Source: a virus
Taxonomy: Duplodnaviria; Heunggongvirae; Uroviricota; Caudoviricetes
Length of the DNA: 64,000 bases
IMG/VR virus record: IMGVR_UViG_2721755662_000004
Reading direction: 5' to 3' (one strand)
The stretch's first letter is position 1, and every line of letters begins with the position of its first letter. Position numbers and translations under genes: made by a program. Under the pieces are notes generated by a model, which ran no database searches, had not been told where the DNA came from, and saw only the letters and a list, made by a program, of their open reading frames with translations. Shown in pieces: positions 38,134-47,017 of this stretch.

Positions 38134-38367
38134 TTGATAATGTACAAATGTGTTTTAGCTGTATTGATATTATTATCTGGTTGCAAATCTTTGCCAACTC
38201 CGCTTTGCCATGGTAAAGCATATTTAGGTGGGGAAGAAACTATAATGCCAATTTATGGGATTAAGAAAAGCGGGAAGTATAAATTGTATCATGCAGGGCA
38301 TCACTACAACTGGCGTTGGGTTGGAGCTGGAGCATTTGACAGCACAACCTGCTCTCAAATAATGTAA
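38134..38367 (+). CDS. Small lipoprotein, Cor-like (candidate superinfection exclusion)
   Basis: 77 aa; signal peptide with lipobox LLSGC; Cor-like call by position and size only. Confidence 0.5.
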   Translation: MIMYKCVLAVLILLSGCKSLPTPLCHGKAYLGGEETIMPIYGIKKSGKYKLYHAGHHYNWRWVGAGAFDSTTCSQIM

Positions 38368-38707
38368 ATCGTATACTATGTATAAAATGTTTAGCTAATG
38401 CTAATTGATAAATTGTCATGAAACAGGCAAATCTGAAATACGTAAAGAAGCACTACACAGCAGGAGATTTTTGTGTGGCTGGGTGCAGTGGTAACGCTCT
38501 GTGCAGTGGCTGCCGTAATGATGCAATAAAAAGGGGAGCAACATGCTCCCCGACCAGAAGAAAGAAGTTTGATAACAATTAGTGAGTTGTTACGTCTTGC
38601 CCAGAATATCATAGCAACACTCTGTTGCAGTGATACCGATCGCGATTTTAGCGAATTCCATCATAAATCCCCTGATTTTTAAGCCTGAAGCAGTCAAAGG
38701 AATTTCT

Positions 38708-40333
38708 ATGCCCTATATCGATATCACCACGATGCGTGGGATGATGCCGCGCGTTGTGACATCCATGCTGTCCGAGCATTCCGCTGTACTGGCGGAGGAC
38801 TGCCATTTCCGGTTTGGTGTTATTACACCAGAACGTCAGATATCCGGGGTTGAGAAAACATTCACAATTAAGCCAAAAACAATTTTTCATTACCGTGACG
38901 ATTTCTGGTTTGCATGGCCGGATGTGGTGGATGTGATCCGCAGTCCGATCGCTCAGGACCCCCACGGGCGTATTTACTACACTGACGGGCGTTTTCCTAA
39001 AGTGACGGATGCGACTATTGCCACAAAAGGGGACGGGAATCACCCGACATCATCGTATCGTCTTGGGATCCCCGCGCCGACGACAGCTCCTGTCTGTACT
39101 GTCCAGCAGGGCGGTGATGTTTCTGACGATAACCCGAATGATGATGAAACCCGGTTTTATACGGAAACCTTTGTCTCAGATTATGGTGAAGAAGGTCCGC
39201 CAGGTCCGGCGTCTCTGGAGGTAACACTCCGTACTCCGGGAACTGCGGTACAACTGGCGCTGGCTCCGGTACCATTGCAGAATGCCAGTATTAAACGTCG
39301 CCGGATTTATCGCTCTGCATCAGGTGGAGGGGAGGCGGATTTTTTACTTGTGGCTGAACTGGATGCATCCGTGCTCAGTTACACGGACAAAATACCGGCG
39401 AAAAACCTTGGGCCTTCCCTGGCGACATGGGATTACCTGCCGCCGCCAGAGAATATGACAGGCCTTTGCCTGATGGCTAACGGTATTGCCGCCGGGTTTG
39501 CCGGTAATGAAGTGATGTTTTCGGAAGCGTATCTGCCGTATGCATGGCCGGAAGTGAATCGTCACACGACGGCAGAAGATATTGTAGCTATCTGTCCGCT
39601 GGGAACGTCACTGGTGGTGGCGACAAAGGGGGAGCCTTATTTGTTCAGTGGGGTATCACCGTCCACAATTTCTGGTTCCAAAATCCCTTCCATGCAGGCA
39701 TGCCTGAGCCGAAGAAGTATGGTGGCGATGGAGGGATTCGTGCTGTATGCAGGAACAAATGGCCTGGTATCGGTTGATGCAGGCGGCAGTACAGCCGTGG
39801 TAACGGAAAAAATCATTTCACCAGAACAGTGGCAGAGTCAGTTTAATCCGTCGTCCATTGTGGCTTACTCATGGCGTGGTGAGTACATTGCCTGTTACAC
39901 GAAACCTGATGGTAAGCAGGATGTGTTTGTCTTCAACCCGGTGAACATGGATATCCGCTATCTCAGTACACCGTTTGACTGCGCATGGGTTGATCTCGCA
40001 AAAGATATGATGCGCGTGGTGACAGGAGACAAAATGTCAGTGCTTGCCGGGGGCTCTCTGCCGTCCACGATAAGGTGGCATTCAAAAATTTTTTCATTGC
40101 CTGAAAGAACCTCTTTTTCCTGTATCAGGGTGAAATCTCCAGCACCTGAGCGGGTGGGGATCACCGTTATGGCTGATGATGTTCCTGTTATTCATTTTGC
40201 GCCGGGTACGTTTAAGGGAAGTGTGGTGAGACTTCCGGCAGCAACCGGGCAAAACTGGCAGGTGATGGTATCCGGATTTGGGCAGGTGGAACGAATAACC
40301 CTGAGTACATCGATGTCGGAGTTACCGATATGA
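38708..40333 (+). CDS. Tail/virion structural protein (hypothetical)
   Basis: Internal ATG at 38708 with SD; large ORF in structural module. Confidence 0.6.
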   Translation: MPYIDITTMRGMMPRVVTSMLSEHSAVLAEDCHFRFGVITPERQISGVEKTFTIKPKTIFHYRDDFWFAWPDVVDVIRSPIAQDPHGRIYYTDGRFPKVTDATIATKGDGNHPTSSYRLGIPAPTTAPVCTVQQGGDVSDDNPNDDETRFYTETFVSDYGEEGPPGPASLEVTLRTPGTAVQLALAPVPLQNASIKRRRIYRSASGGGEADFLLVAELDASVLSYTDKIPAKNLGPSLATWDYLPPPENMTGLCLMANGIAAGFAGNEVMFSEAYLPYAWPEVNRHTTAEDIVAICPLGTSLVVATKGEPYLFSGVSPSTISGSKIPSMQACLSRRSMVAMEGFVLYAGTNGLVSVDAGGSTAVVTEKIISPEQWQSQFNPSSIVAYSWRGEYIACYTKPDGKQDVFVFNPVNMDIRYLSTPFDCAWVDLAKDMMRVVTGDKMSVLAGGSLPSTIRWHSKIFSLPERTSFSCIRVKSPAPERVGITVMADDVPVIHFAPGTFKGSVVRLPAATGQNWQVMVSGFGQVERITLSTSMSELPI

Positions 40334-41604
40334 GCAAAAAACCGTGGCGGGCGGGGAAGGATTTATCCGCTGTTGTGGAAAATATGGAAATTGGCACCGG
40401 GCAGCGTGGCGACGGTCGTCATGCTTTTGTGACCCGTGAAGAGCTGGTTGGCCTTAAACTTGCCCGACGTCGTACACAGGGTGGTGCGGGTACCTCATAT
40501 GCACTGAATCCAGGAGTTGACATTGACAGCACCTTAATGGCTGTTGATTTTCCCACAAAACCACTGAATTTTAAGGCGACCGGAGGATTTGGTTCAGTTC
40601 TTCTGGAATGGGATGTGGCCAATTATCGGGGGCATTCACTGACAGAAATCTGGCGGGGAACGAAGGACGACCTTTCAGATGCTGTGCTGGTTGCCACGAC
40701 ACCGGGGCAGGTTTATGGTGATCCGGTTGACCCGGGTTGGTCGGGATTTTACTGGATACGCTTTGTCAATGCAGCGGGAGTGAAGGGGCCGTGGCACGCA
40801 GTGGCAGGCGTGGCAGCACAGACACAGATATCAGTTCAGGCGGTGATTGACCAGATAAAAGAAGAGGCGGCGAAGTCTCCCGTCATAGAAGAGCTTCGCA
40901 AGGAAATAAAAAACGCGCAGGGGCAGGCTGTAAAGGATGCGGCAATTAAGACAACCGAAGTTGTGGGGGCTCTCAGGGAGGAAACGACAAGAACGATTGG
41001 TGGTATTGAAACCCGCATAACCACACTGGATTCGTCAACCAGTGAATCGCTTAATGAGGTCGACAAGCGCATCACTAAACTGGATAAAGAAGGCGGTGAG
41101 GCCTTCCTTGCGATGTGGTCAAAAAAAGCGGGAGTTGATGGCATCACTGCGGGGATCGGGATTGTCGCCGGAAAAGACAGTGAAGGCAGGCCTGTAAGTC
41201 AGGTTGCAATTTCTGCGTCACAGCTGTTTGTCTTTGACCCGAATAATCCGGATAACACCGCCTATCCGTTTGCGGTATCAGGTGGCAAGGTAGTGATCCC
41301 GAAAGCGATGATTTATGACGCGGTGATTGAAACACTGGTGTCGCGGAAGGTTGTGGCGGATGAGGTAAAAGCCGGGGTAAGTATCACTTCGCCAGTTATC
41401 CGGAGTGCCGTTATTCAGAACGGAAACTTTCAGGTTGATTCTCAGGGTAACCTGAATATTGGAGGCCTTTTCAGTGTTACGTCACAAGGGCAACTGACAA
41501 TTCGTTACTCTAATCAGAATGTAGGACTGGTGATCCGCAATGATAAAATTGAGGTTTATGATCAGAATGGACGACTGGCTGTTCGCATAGGCAGATTACG
41601 CTGA
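40330..41604 (+). CDS. Tail/virion structural protein (hypothetical)
   Basis: 424-aa ORF, ATGA-coupled. Confidence 0.6.
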   Translation: MSKKPWRAGKDLSAVVENMEIGTGQRGDGRHAFVTREELVGLKLARRRTQGGAGTSYALNPGVDIDSTLMAVDFPTKPLNFKATGGFGSVLLEWDVANYRGHSLTEIWRGTKDDLSDAVLVATTPGQVYGDPVDPGWSGFYWIRFVNAAGVKGPWHAVAGVAAQTQISVQAVIDQIKEEAAKSPVIEELRKEIKNAQGQAVKDAAIKTTEVVGALREETTRTIGGIETRITTLDSSTSESLNEVDKRITKLDKEGGEAFLAMWSKKAGVDGITAGIGIVAGKDSEGRPVSQVAISASQLFVFDPNNPDNTAYPFAVSGGKVVIPKAMIYDAVIETLVSRKVVADEVKAGVSITSPVIRSAVIQNGNFQVDSQGNLNIGGLFSVTSQGQLTIRYSNQNVGLVIRNDKIEVYDQNGRLAVRIGRLR

Positions 41605-41618
41605 TCAGGAGGTGAGTA

Positions 41619-41897
41619 TTGGAATACGGTTTTGCCATTTATAACAGAAATAACGTTAATGTTACGGGCGTGCTTACTCCCATATTTTTCCTGGACAGGT
41701 TTACGGCGGAGTCGGGATCAAAAACGTATACGAATAAACCAGAAGGGAAAACATTGCAGGCAGTCTGTTCATTATTTCCGTGGAATAATGTATTTAAGGA
41801 CCGGAAAGTACCGAAGATAACCATTAATGGCAATACGGTGATGTGGTCAAATCTTGAGCAGGGGATGGGGTCATATATTTATACATTCTGGGGGTGA
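41619..41897 (+). CDS. Hypothetical protein (TTG start)
   Basis: AGGAGG SD 7 nt upstream of TTG; 92 aa. Confidence 0.45.
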   Translation: MEYGFAIYNRNNVNVTGVLTPIFFLDRFTAESGSKTYTNKPEGKTLQAVCSLFPWNNVFKDRKVPKITINGNTVMWSNLEQGMGSYIYTFWG

Positions 41898-42520
41898 GTT
41901 GTATGTATGGTTTAAGCATTACGAAACCAGATGGCAGCTTGTGGATAAGCCCGGGGTTTACGCCTCAGTGTCTGATCAATAAGGGAACTATTCCGGCGAC
42001 TGAGAAGGCTTTTTTTAAAACGTCAATTCCGTCAGGAAAAAGTTGTTTTTTCTTTATCAGAACAGAGAAGAAGGCCGATGTCATGTACACGCATGAACAG
42101 ATTGATGGATATCATGCCTTAAGGCTTCATCAAATTGTCAGGGGAACGAATCCTGGTGTTACGACTGTTTATGCTTTTGCGAATATGGTTACTCAACCTT
42201 CTGAGTATGGTATCGCCATGTATAATCCGTTGGGTGAGATGATTTACCATGGCGAAATGATGCTGCTTGACGCGAAGTTAATACCTGTTGATATCAAATT
42301 TGAAAAGGACCTTGGATATCCATGCGCAATTATGCCTGCACTGGTCGGGTATTATAACTGGAAAAGAACTCCTTATGATCGACCGATTTATACCACATCC
42401 ACTGGCGCTACAGGAAATAAAATATATTCCTGTGAGCATTATTCAGGTGGTGCAACATGGGATATTCGAAAGCCTTATGTAGACAAAGTTCTTGTTATTA
42501 ATACTTCAATGTATGATTAG
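41894..42520 (+). CDS. Hypothetical protein
   Basis: 208-aa ORF; likely start GTG at 41894 or ATG at 41903. Confidence 0.5.
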   Translation: MSCMYGLSITKPDGSLWISPGFTPQCLINKGTIPATEKAFFKTSIPSGKSCFFFIRTEKKADVMYTHEQIDGYHALRLHQIVRGTNPGVTTVYAFANMVTQPSEYGIAMYNPLGEMIYHGEMMLLDAKLIPVDIKFEKDLGYPCAIMPALVGYYNWKRTPYDRPIYTTSTGATGNKIYSCEHYSGGATWDIRKPYVDKVLVINTSMYD

Positions 42521-42646
42521 CACAATAAAATTTATCAATCATTTTAAGAAAAATTTTTATTTTTTATTTCCAGGCAGGATGGTAAATAATCAAAAATGTG
42601 GAAAGGACAGAGAGAACAATGTTTTTAATATAGGAAGATTCTTAAA

Positions 42647-43384
42647 ATGAAAAGTATCACAAAATTTCTTGTGTGCGCAACTCTGGGCTTAGGTGGATTA
42701 ACTGCACAGGCACATGCTGCATCTGGTGATAGTACCGTATCCCTTGGATTCGCTCACCTTCAGCTATCCGGGCTGAATAATTTTGTTAAGGATTTAAGTC
42801 TTCATAACCTTGATACCTTTAACAATTTTGTGAATGAAAACTATTTCAATTCACCTGGAGAATATGACGATGCGTTTGTCCGGGGCCATGATGGTAAAGA
42901 GAAAAGTCCCTTGGGAATGAACATTAAGTATCGTTATGAGATTACGGATGAGATCGGTGTTATAACCTCTTTTGCATGGGCTCGATCCATGACTAATGCA
43001 CAGGCATTCATTGATGTTAAGCCTTCCGATCCATCACGAGAGGTAAAAAAACCGGCAGCTTCAGCGAGAACTGATATCAGGGCTAATTACTGGAGTCTAC
43101 TATCCGGTCCTTCGTGGCGGTTTAATGAATACCTCAGTGTGTATTCAATGGCAGGTGTTGCGGTTGCAAAAGTAACTTATGATTTGAAAGTTAACGACAA
43201 TCTTAATGGTGGTGTAGGTAGTTTTTCTGAAAGTAACAGCACCAAAAAAACGTCTATTGCATGGTCTGTCGGCGCGCAATTTAACTTCAATGAAAGTGTT
43301 ACTATGGACGTCACTTATGAAAGCTCAGGCTCTGGCGACTGGAAAACTGATGGTTTATTTGCAGGCATTGGCCTGAAATTCTGA
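42647..43384 (+). CDS. lom: Lom/Ail/OmpX-family outer membrane beta-barrel protein
   Basis: 245 aa; signal peptide, alternating amphipathic strands, C-terminal GLKF; AT-rich. Confidence 0.8.
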   Translation: MKSITKFLVCATLGLGGLTAQAHAASGDSTVSLGFAHLQLSGLNNFVKDLSLHNLDTFNNFVNENYFNSPGEYDDAFVRGHDGKEKSPLGMNIKYRYEITDEIGVITSFAWARSMTNAQAFIDVKPSDPSREVKKPAASARTDIRANYWSLLSGPSWRFNEYLSVYSMAGVAVAKVTYDLKVNDNLNGGVGSFSESNSTKKTSIAWSVGAQFNFNESVTMDVTYESSGSGDWKTDGLFAGIGLKF

Positions 43385-43408
43385 GTAATACCCGACAACA
43401 TGTCATAA

Positions 43409-43431
43409 CCCGCTGTGATGGCGGGTTTTTT
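43409..43431 (+). terminator. Intrinsic terminator after lom
   Basis: CCCGC-loop-GCGGG plus T6. Confidence 0.6.
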
Positions 43432-43616
43432 GTTGCCCGTGCAGGGCAAAAATCGTAGATTATGCGCGGGTGTCTTTCGGCTGATGGCTGGAAGGTGAAC
43501 CTGAAGGCCTGATGTGGAAAGGCCCCGAGTCAAACATTTTGTTTAACCCGAGGCCCTAACCATCATACCTTAAGCAAGTAGAAGGTTAGCGCCTCTCCAC
43601 TCAGGAGGCAAGCGCT

Positions 43617-43757
43617 ATGTCGCAAAAATCGCTCATCACCGTCACAATTTGTATGACGGTAATCTTCACCATCTGGATGTTACACGGCTCGTTGTGTGAG
43701 TTCCGGCTGAATTTGTGGGGAGCGGAGTTTGCGGCGTTCTTACAGTGTAAGCAGTAG
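43617..43757 (+). CDS. Hok-family type I toxin (HokA/HokE-like), second copy in this prophage
   Basis: 46 aa MSQKSLITVTICMTVIFTIWMLHGSLCEFRLNLWGAEFAAFLQCKQ; matches Hok pattern TM-SLCE.R...E.AAFL; AGGAGG SD; followed by strong hairpin. Confidence 0.6.
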   Translation: MSQKSLITVTICMTVIFTIWMLHGSLCEFRLNLWGAEFAAFLQCKQ

Positions 43758-43813
43758 GAAAACCGCGACGGGGACGAAAGTCCCCGTCAACTGGTTGCTG
43801 AGGTTCAGCCGAT

Positions 43814-44215
43814 ATGGCACCCGTTTCTGGTGAGAGAATGGACGACAAAATTCTCCGGTATATGCAGCGTGTTGTGAGAAATTCCCGCAACCCTGAATTT
43901 ATGAATGAAGTTAAAGACGCCTGCCTTAAAAAGCAGGCGTTTTGTTTTGAGGCACCTGATGGCTTTCTGGTGCTGCGTTCTGTGCTCAGTGCTGATGGTA
44001 TCCCTTATGTTTTGGTGTTGCTGGGCGTGTGTACGGGGAGTAACAGCGTTGAGCGTTATCTGCCGGAGGTGAAGACATTAACCCGTCTGGCTGGCGGACG
44101 CTGGGCTGAATTTCATACGGCAAGACGGGGATTTATCCGGCTGGGAAAACGTCTGGGCTTTGAGCGAATGCCGGATGATGAGGATGGCTTCATGGTGTTC
44201 AGGATAGCGGTCTGA
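43814..44215 (+). CDS. Hypothetical protein
   Basis: 133-aa ORF; alternative start MDDKILRY at 43838 has better SD. Confidence 0.5.
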   Translation: MAPVSGERMDDKILRYMQRVVRNSRNPEFMNEVKDACLKKQAFCFEAPDGFLVLRSVLSADGIPYVLVLLGVCTGSNSVERYLPEVKTLTRLAGGRWAEFHTARRGFIRLGKRLGFERMPDDEDGFMVFRIAV

Positions 44216-44306
44216 CTGCCACTGTATTCATTATCGTGTGTAAACCAATTGCAATTCACATTCTGACCCTGCCCCGGCAGGGTTTTTTGTTATCCAGGGG
44301 GCCATA

Positions 44307-44963
44307 ATGGGCGGAAAAAAAGGCGGTGGTGATACCAAAGTAAAACCAACAGCAGCGCAAATAGCACAGGAAGAAGTGGCCTGGAAAGGGTGGCAGGATT
44401 ATCAAAAAATCCTCCGCCCGGCTGAAGATAACTTCATGGAAAAGGTCGATGACCTGAACAGTGAGCAGCAGTACGACAATATTGCTGGCACCACAAATCT
44501 GGGGTATCAGAAACAGTTTGGCGAAGCACGGAAGGAGCTGGCGGGTAATCTTGCTCAGTCCGGTGTTGACCCGTCCAGTGGTCGCTTTAACGCGGTAATG
44601 AATGCGAACCAGAGTGATCAGGTAACCGGGCAGATTGACACAACCACACGGGGGCAGGTATCGCAGGCAGATAAGTATGTTGCCGGGCTACAGGATGTTG
44701 CTGCTCTCGGTTCTGGTCAAAAGGCGGATGCGTTACAGAGTTTTAACTCGCTGGCAGACAGCAGTCTGGCAAAAGCTAAATCGGACGCACAGGCTGCGTT
44801 TACGAAACAGCAGGGGCGAGCCTCTCTTGTTGGCGCTGGTTTGGGTGCGGTAGGTGCATATGCGATGTATAAGGCTGGCGGTAGCGGAGGAAGTGGCGGT
44901 GCTAAAACACCTGGCATCGGCGCTAATGCCATTCAGCATCAGGCTCAGAACTGGAGACTGTGA
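44307..44963 (+). CDS. Virion-associated protein (hypothetical)
   Basis: 218 aa; Gly-rich ends; first gene of coupled cluster leading into giant gene. Confidence 0.55.
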   Translation: MGGKKGGGDTKVKPTAAQIAQEEVAWKGWQDYQKILRPAEDNFMEKVDDLNSEQQYDNIAGTTNLGYQKQFGEARKELAGNLAQSGVDPSSGRFNAVMNANQSDQVTGQIDTTTRGQVSQADKYVAGLQDVAALGSGQKADALQSFNSLADSSLAKAKSDAQAAFTKQQGRASLVGAGLGAVGAYAMYKAGGSGGSGGAKTPGIGANAIQHQAQNWRL

Positions 44964-45412
44964 TTATGGAGTACGGTAAATACGAAACACTTGCGAGATA
45001 CGGTTATACCGGAGCTGCCCGTCCACAGGGTGACTGGCAGACGTCAGCAGCGCTGACACGCCAACAATACGACGACTGGCGAACCAGATATTTGCCCCGC
45101 GTGGCAAGGCTGGCTGACCTTGGCGAGAACAACAGCCTGATGAATGCACAGCTTGCCCGGGTGGGCGGCCTTGCCACTTCCAGTCTCCGTACAGCGCAGA
45201 TGGCGCAGGATAACCAGATGGCGAGATACGGGGTAAGCCGCCCGGATAATCCCAACAGTAACACACTGGGTTTGCGTAATGCTCTGGCAATTGCTGGCGC
45301 GAAAAATGGTATCCGTGAAGCAGAGCAGGATCGCCAGATGAACATACTGACGGGGGCTTCTGCACCTGCAAGACAACAACTGAGTGTTGGCGGAAAACTG
45401 GTGTCAGCGTAA
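44960..45412 (+). CDS. Hypothetical protein
   Basis: 150-aa ORF overlapping upstream stop. Confidence 0.5.
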   Translation: MIMEYGKYETLARYGYTGAARPQGDWQTSAALTRQQYDDWRTRYLPRVARLADLGENNSLMNAQLARVGGLATSSLRTAQMAQDNQMARYGVSRPDNPNSNTLGLRNALAIAGAKNGIREAEQDRQMNILTGASAPARQQLSVGGKLVSA

Positions 45413-45421
45413 GGGGGCAAT

Positions 45422-45673
45422 ATGGGATACGGTTTACTGGATATTGCGAATCAGTCGCGGCGTGAGGCATTACAGGGAATAAGTGATGCCGACAGACGAC
45501 GTGAAGAAATTGAGGCCGCGAACAAACAGATGGCGGCGCAACAGAAAGCGCAGAACAAACAGAATATCGGCACGGGAATTGGTACGGGTGCAGCTATGGG
45601 CGCTGCTGTTGGTGGTCTCCCCGGTGCGGCTATTGGTGCTGTCATAGGTGGTATTGCTGGTTCTTTGTTTTAA
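45422..45673 (+). CDS. Small glycine-zipper membrane protein
   Basis: C-terminus GTGIGTGAAMGAAVGGLPGAAIGAVIGGIAGSLF. Confidence 0.55.
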   Translation: MGYGLLDIANQSRREALQGISDADRRREEIEAANKQMAAQQKAQNKQNIGTGIGTGAAMGAAVGGLPGAAIGAVIGGIAGSLF

Positions 45674-45683
45674 GGAGTGGTGA

Positions 45684-46949
45684 ATGAGCGGATTTGCACA
45701 GGGTTTACTTGCCGGATTCAGCACGGTTGACCAGGCAATGACCCGTCGTAAGGAACTTGGTTTGCGAGAAGCACAGCTTGCTCAACAACAGAAAAATAAC
45801 GAGCGCGATTTTGAATTTGCACAGTCGCAGTTTGAACATAATAAAGACGTTGATCAGCGGAACTTTGATTACAGAGCCAAAGTCGACGACCGTAATTATG
45901 CACTGCAGGAAAGGGAGTTTAACGCCAACCAGAATTACCGGAATGCGTCGCTGGGTATGGAGCAGCAGCGACTCCGGATGCAGAAATACAACCAGCGACG
46001 GCTTGAGTATAACGATATGCTGGCGCGCGATCAGCCTGTGATGGCGGCGCTTGGAAAGGCTGTGGATGCTGGCGATCGGGATGCAGCAATGCGTCTTTAC
46101 GGCCAGTTGTCAGAGGGTAATCCGCTGAGGCTGATGGCGAATGATGGCTATGTAGCGAAAGCGGGTCAGGCCGTGAACAACCTGCAAAAAATCTTTGATG
46201 ACAAGCCAGACAGGGCTATCGCTTCACTTAATACGCCGGAGAATCTTGATGTCCTTTCCGGGGTGTTTGGCCCGGAACTGCAACAGCGTATTGGCATGCC
46301 CGATTCAACCGGGAAAAAGACGATAAAAGAGGCCAGGATTGGCAGTATAGTACCGGCACAGCAGGAAGGGTACATACTTATCGGCCTTGATCTCACATAC
46401 AGTGATGGCTCTACAGCACATAAACCCGTTACGGAATACGGCAGTGCACATCCTGATGATCAAACCGTGCTGGCGGTGCCTGTTGATAAGGCTGTTGAGC
46501 TTGTCAGGGAACGCAGTAAATTCGCGGAAATTTCGAAAAATTTCGGCTATTTCACGCCGAAGCAGCAGGGACTTTCTGCGGATCAACTTCAGAAAGGAGC
46601 CAGCCAGGTAGCGATAAAGGTTGCACAGGACGGCGGTGATGCGCAGGGAGCAGTGACGCAATATTATGCTTCGATGGGACTGCCGCAGTATCAGCAGCAA
46701 ATTCAGCAGCAAAAAATTCAACAAGGGATTACCAGTTGGGCGGGTGATGATCCGGATAAGCAGGCATTTGCCAGAGAAGTGGCCTCCCGTCAGCCAGAAA
46801 TGCTGGAGCCTCAGAATCAGAAATTGCTGGAACACGGGTATGCGAATTTTCTCCGTATTCAAAAGGCCAGGGAGGAACAGGCCAGGGATGATAGCGCGGC
46901 CTCTGCATCTGAGTTTATCCGTGGTCTGAAACAGAATTACGCGCAGTAA
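45684..46949 (+). CDS. Hypothetical virion-associated protein
   Basis: 421-aa ORF with SD, coiled-coil-rich. Confidence 0.55.
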   Translation: MSGFAQGLLAGFSTVDQAMTRRKELGLREAQLAQQQKNNERDFEFAQSQFEHNKDVDQRNFDYRAKVDDRNYALQEREFNANQNYRNASLGMEQQRLRMQKYNQRRLEYNDMLARDQPVMAALGKAVDAGDRDAAMRLYGQLSEGNPLRLMANDGYVAKAGQAVNNLQKIFDDKPDRAIASLNTPENLDVLSGVFGPELQQRIGMPDSTGKKTIKEARIGSIVPAQQEGYILIGLDLTYSDGSTAHKPVTEYGSAHPDDQTVLAVPVDKAVELVRERSKFAEISKNFGYFTPKQQGLSADQLQKGASQVAIKVAQDGGDAQGAVTQYYASMGLPQYQQQIQQQKIQQGITSWAGDDPDKQAFAREVASRQPEMLEPQNQKLLEHGYANFLRIQKAREEQARDDSAASASEFIRGLKQNYAQ

Positions 46950-47017
46950 TTCACCATTCCCGTTAATACTATTTCCTGATACCCGGTCATTGTGCCGGGT
47001 TTTTTTATGGAGTCTGT

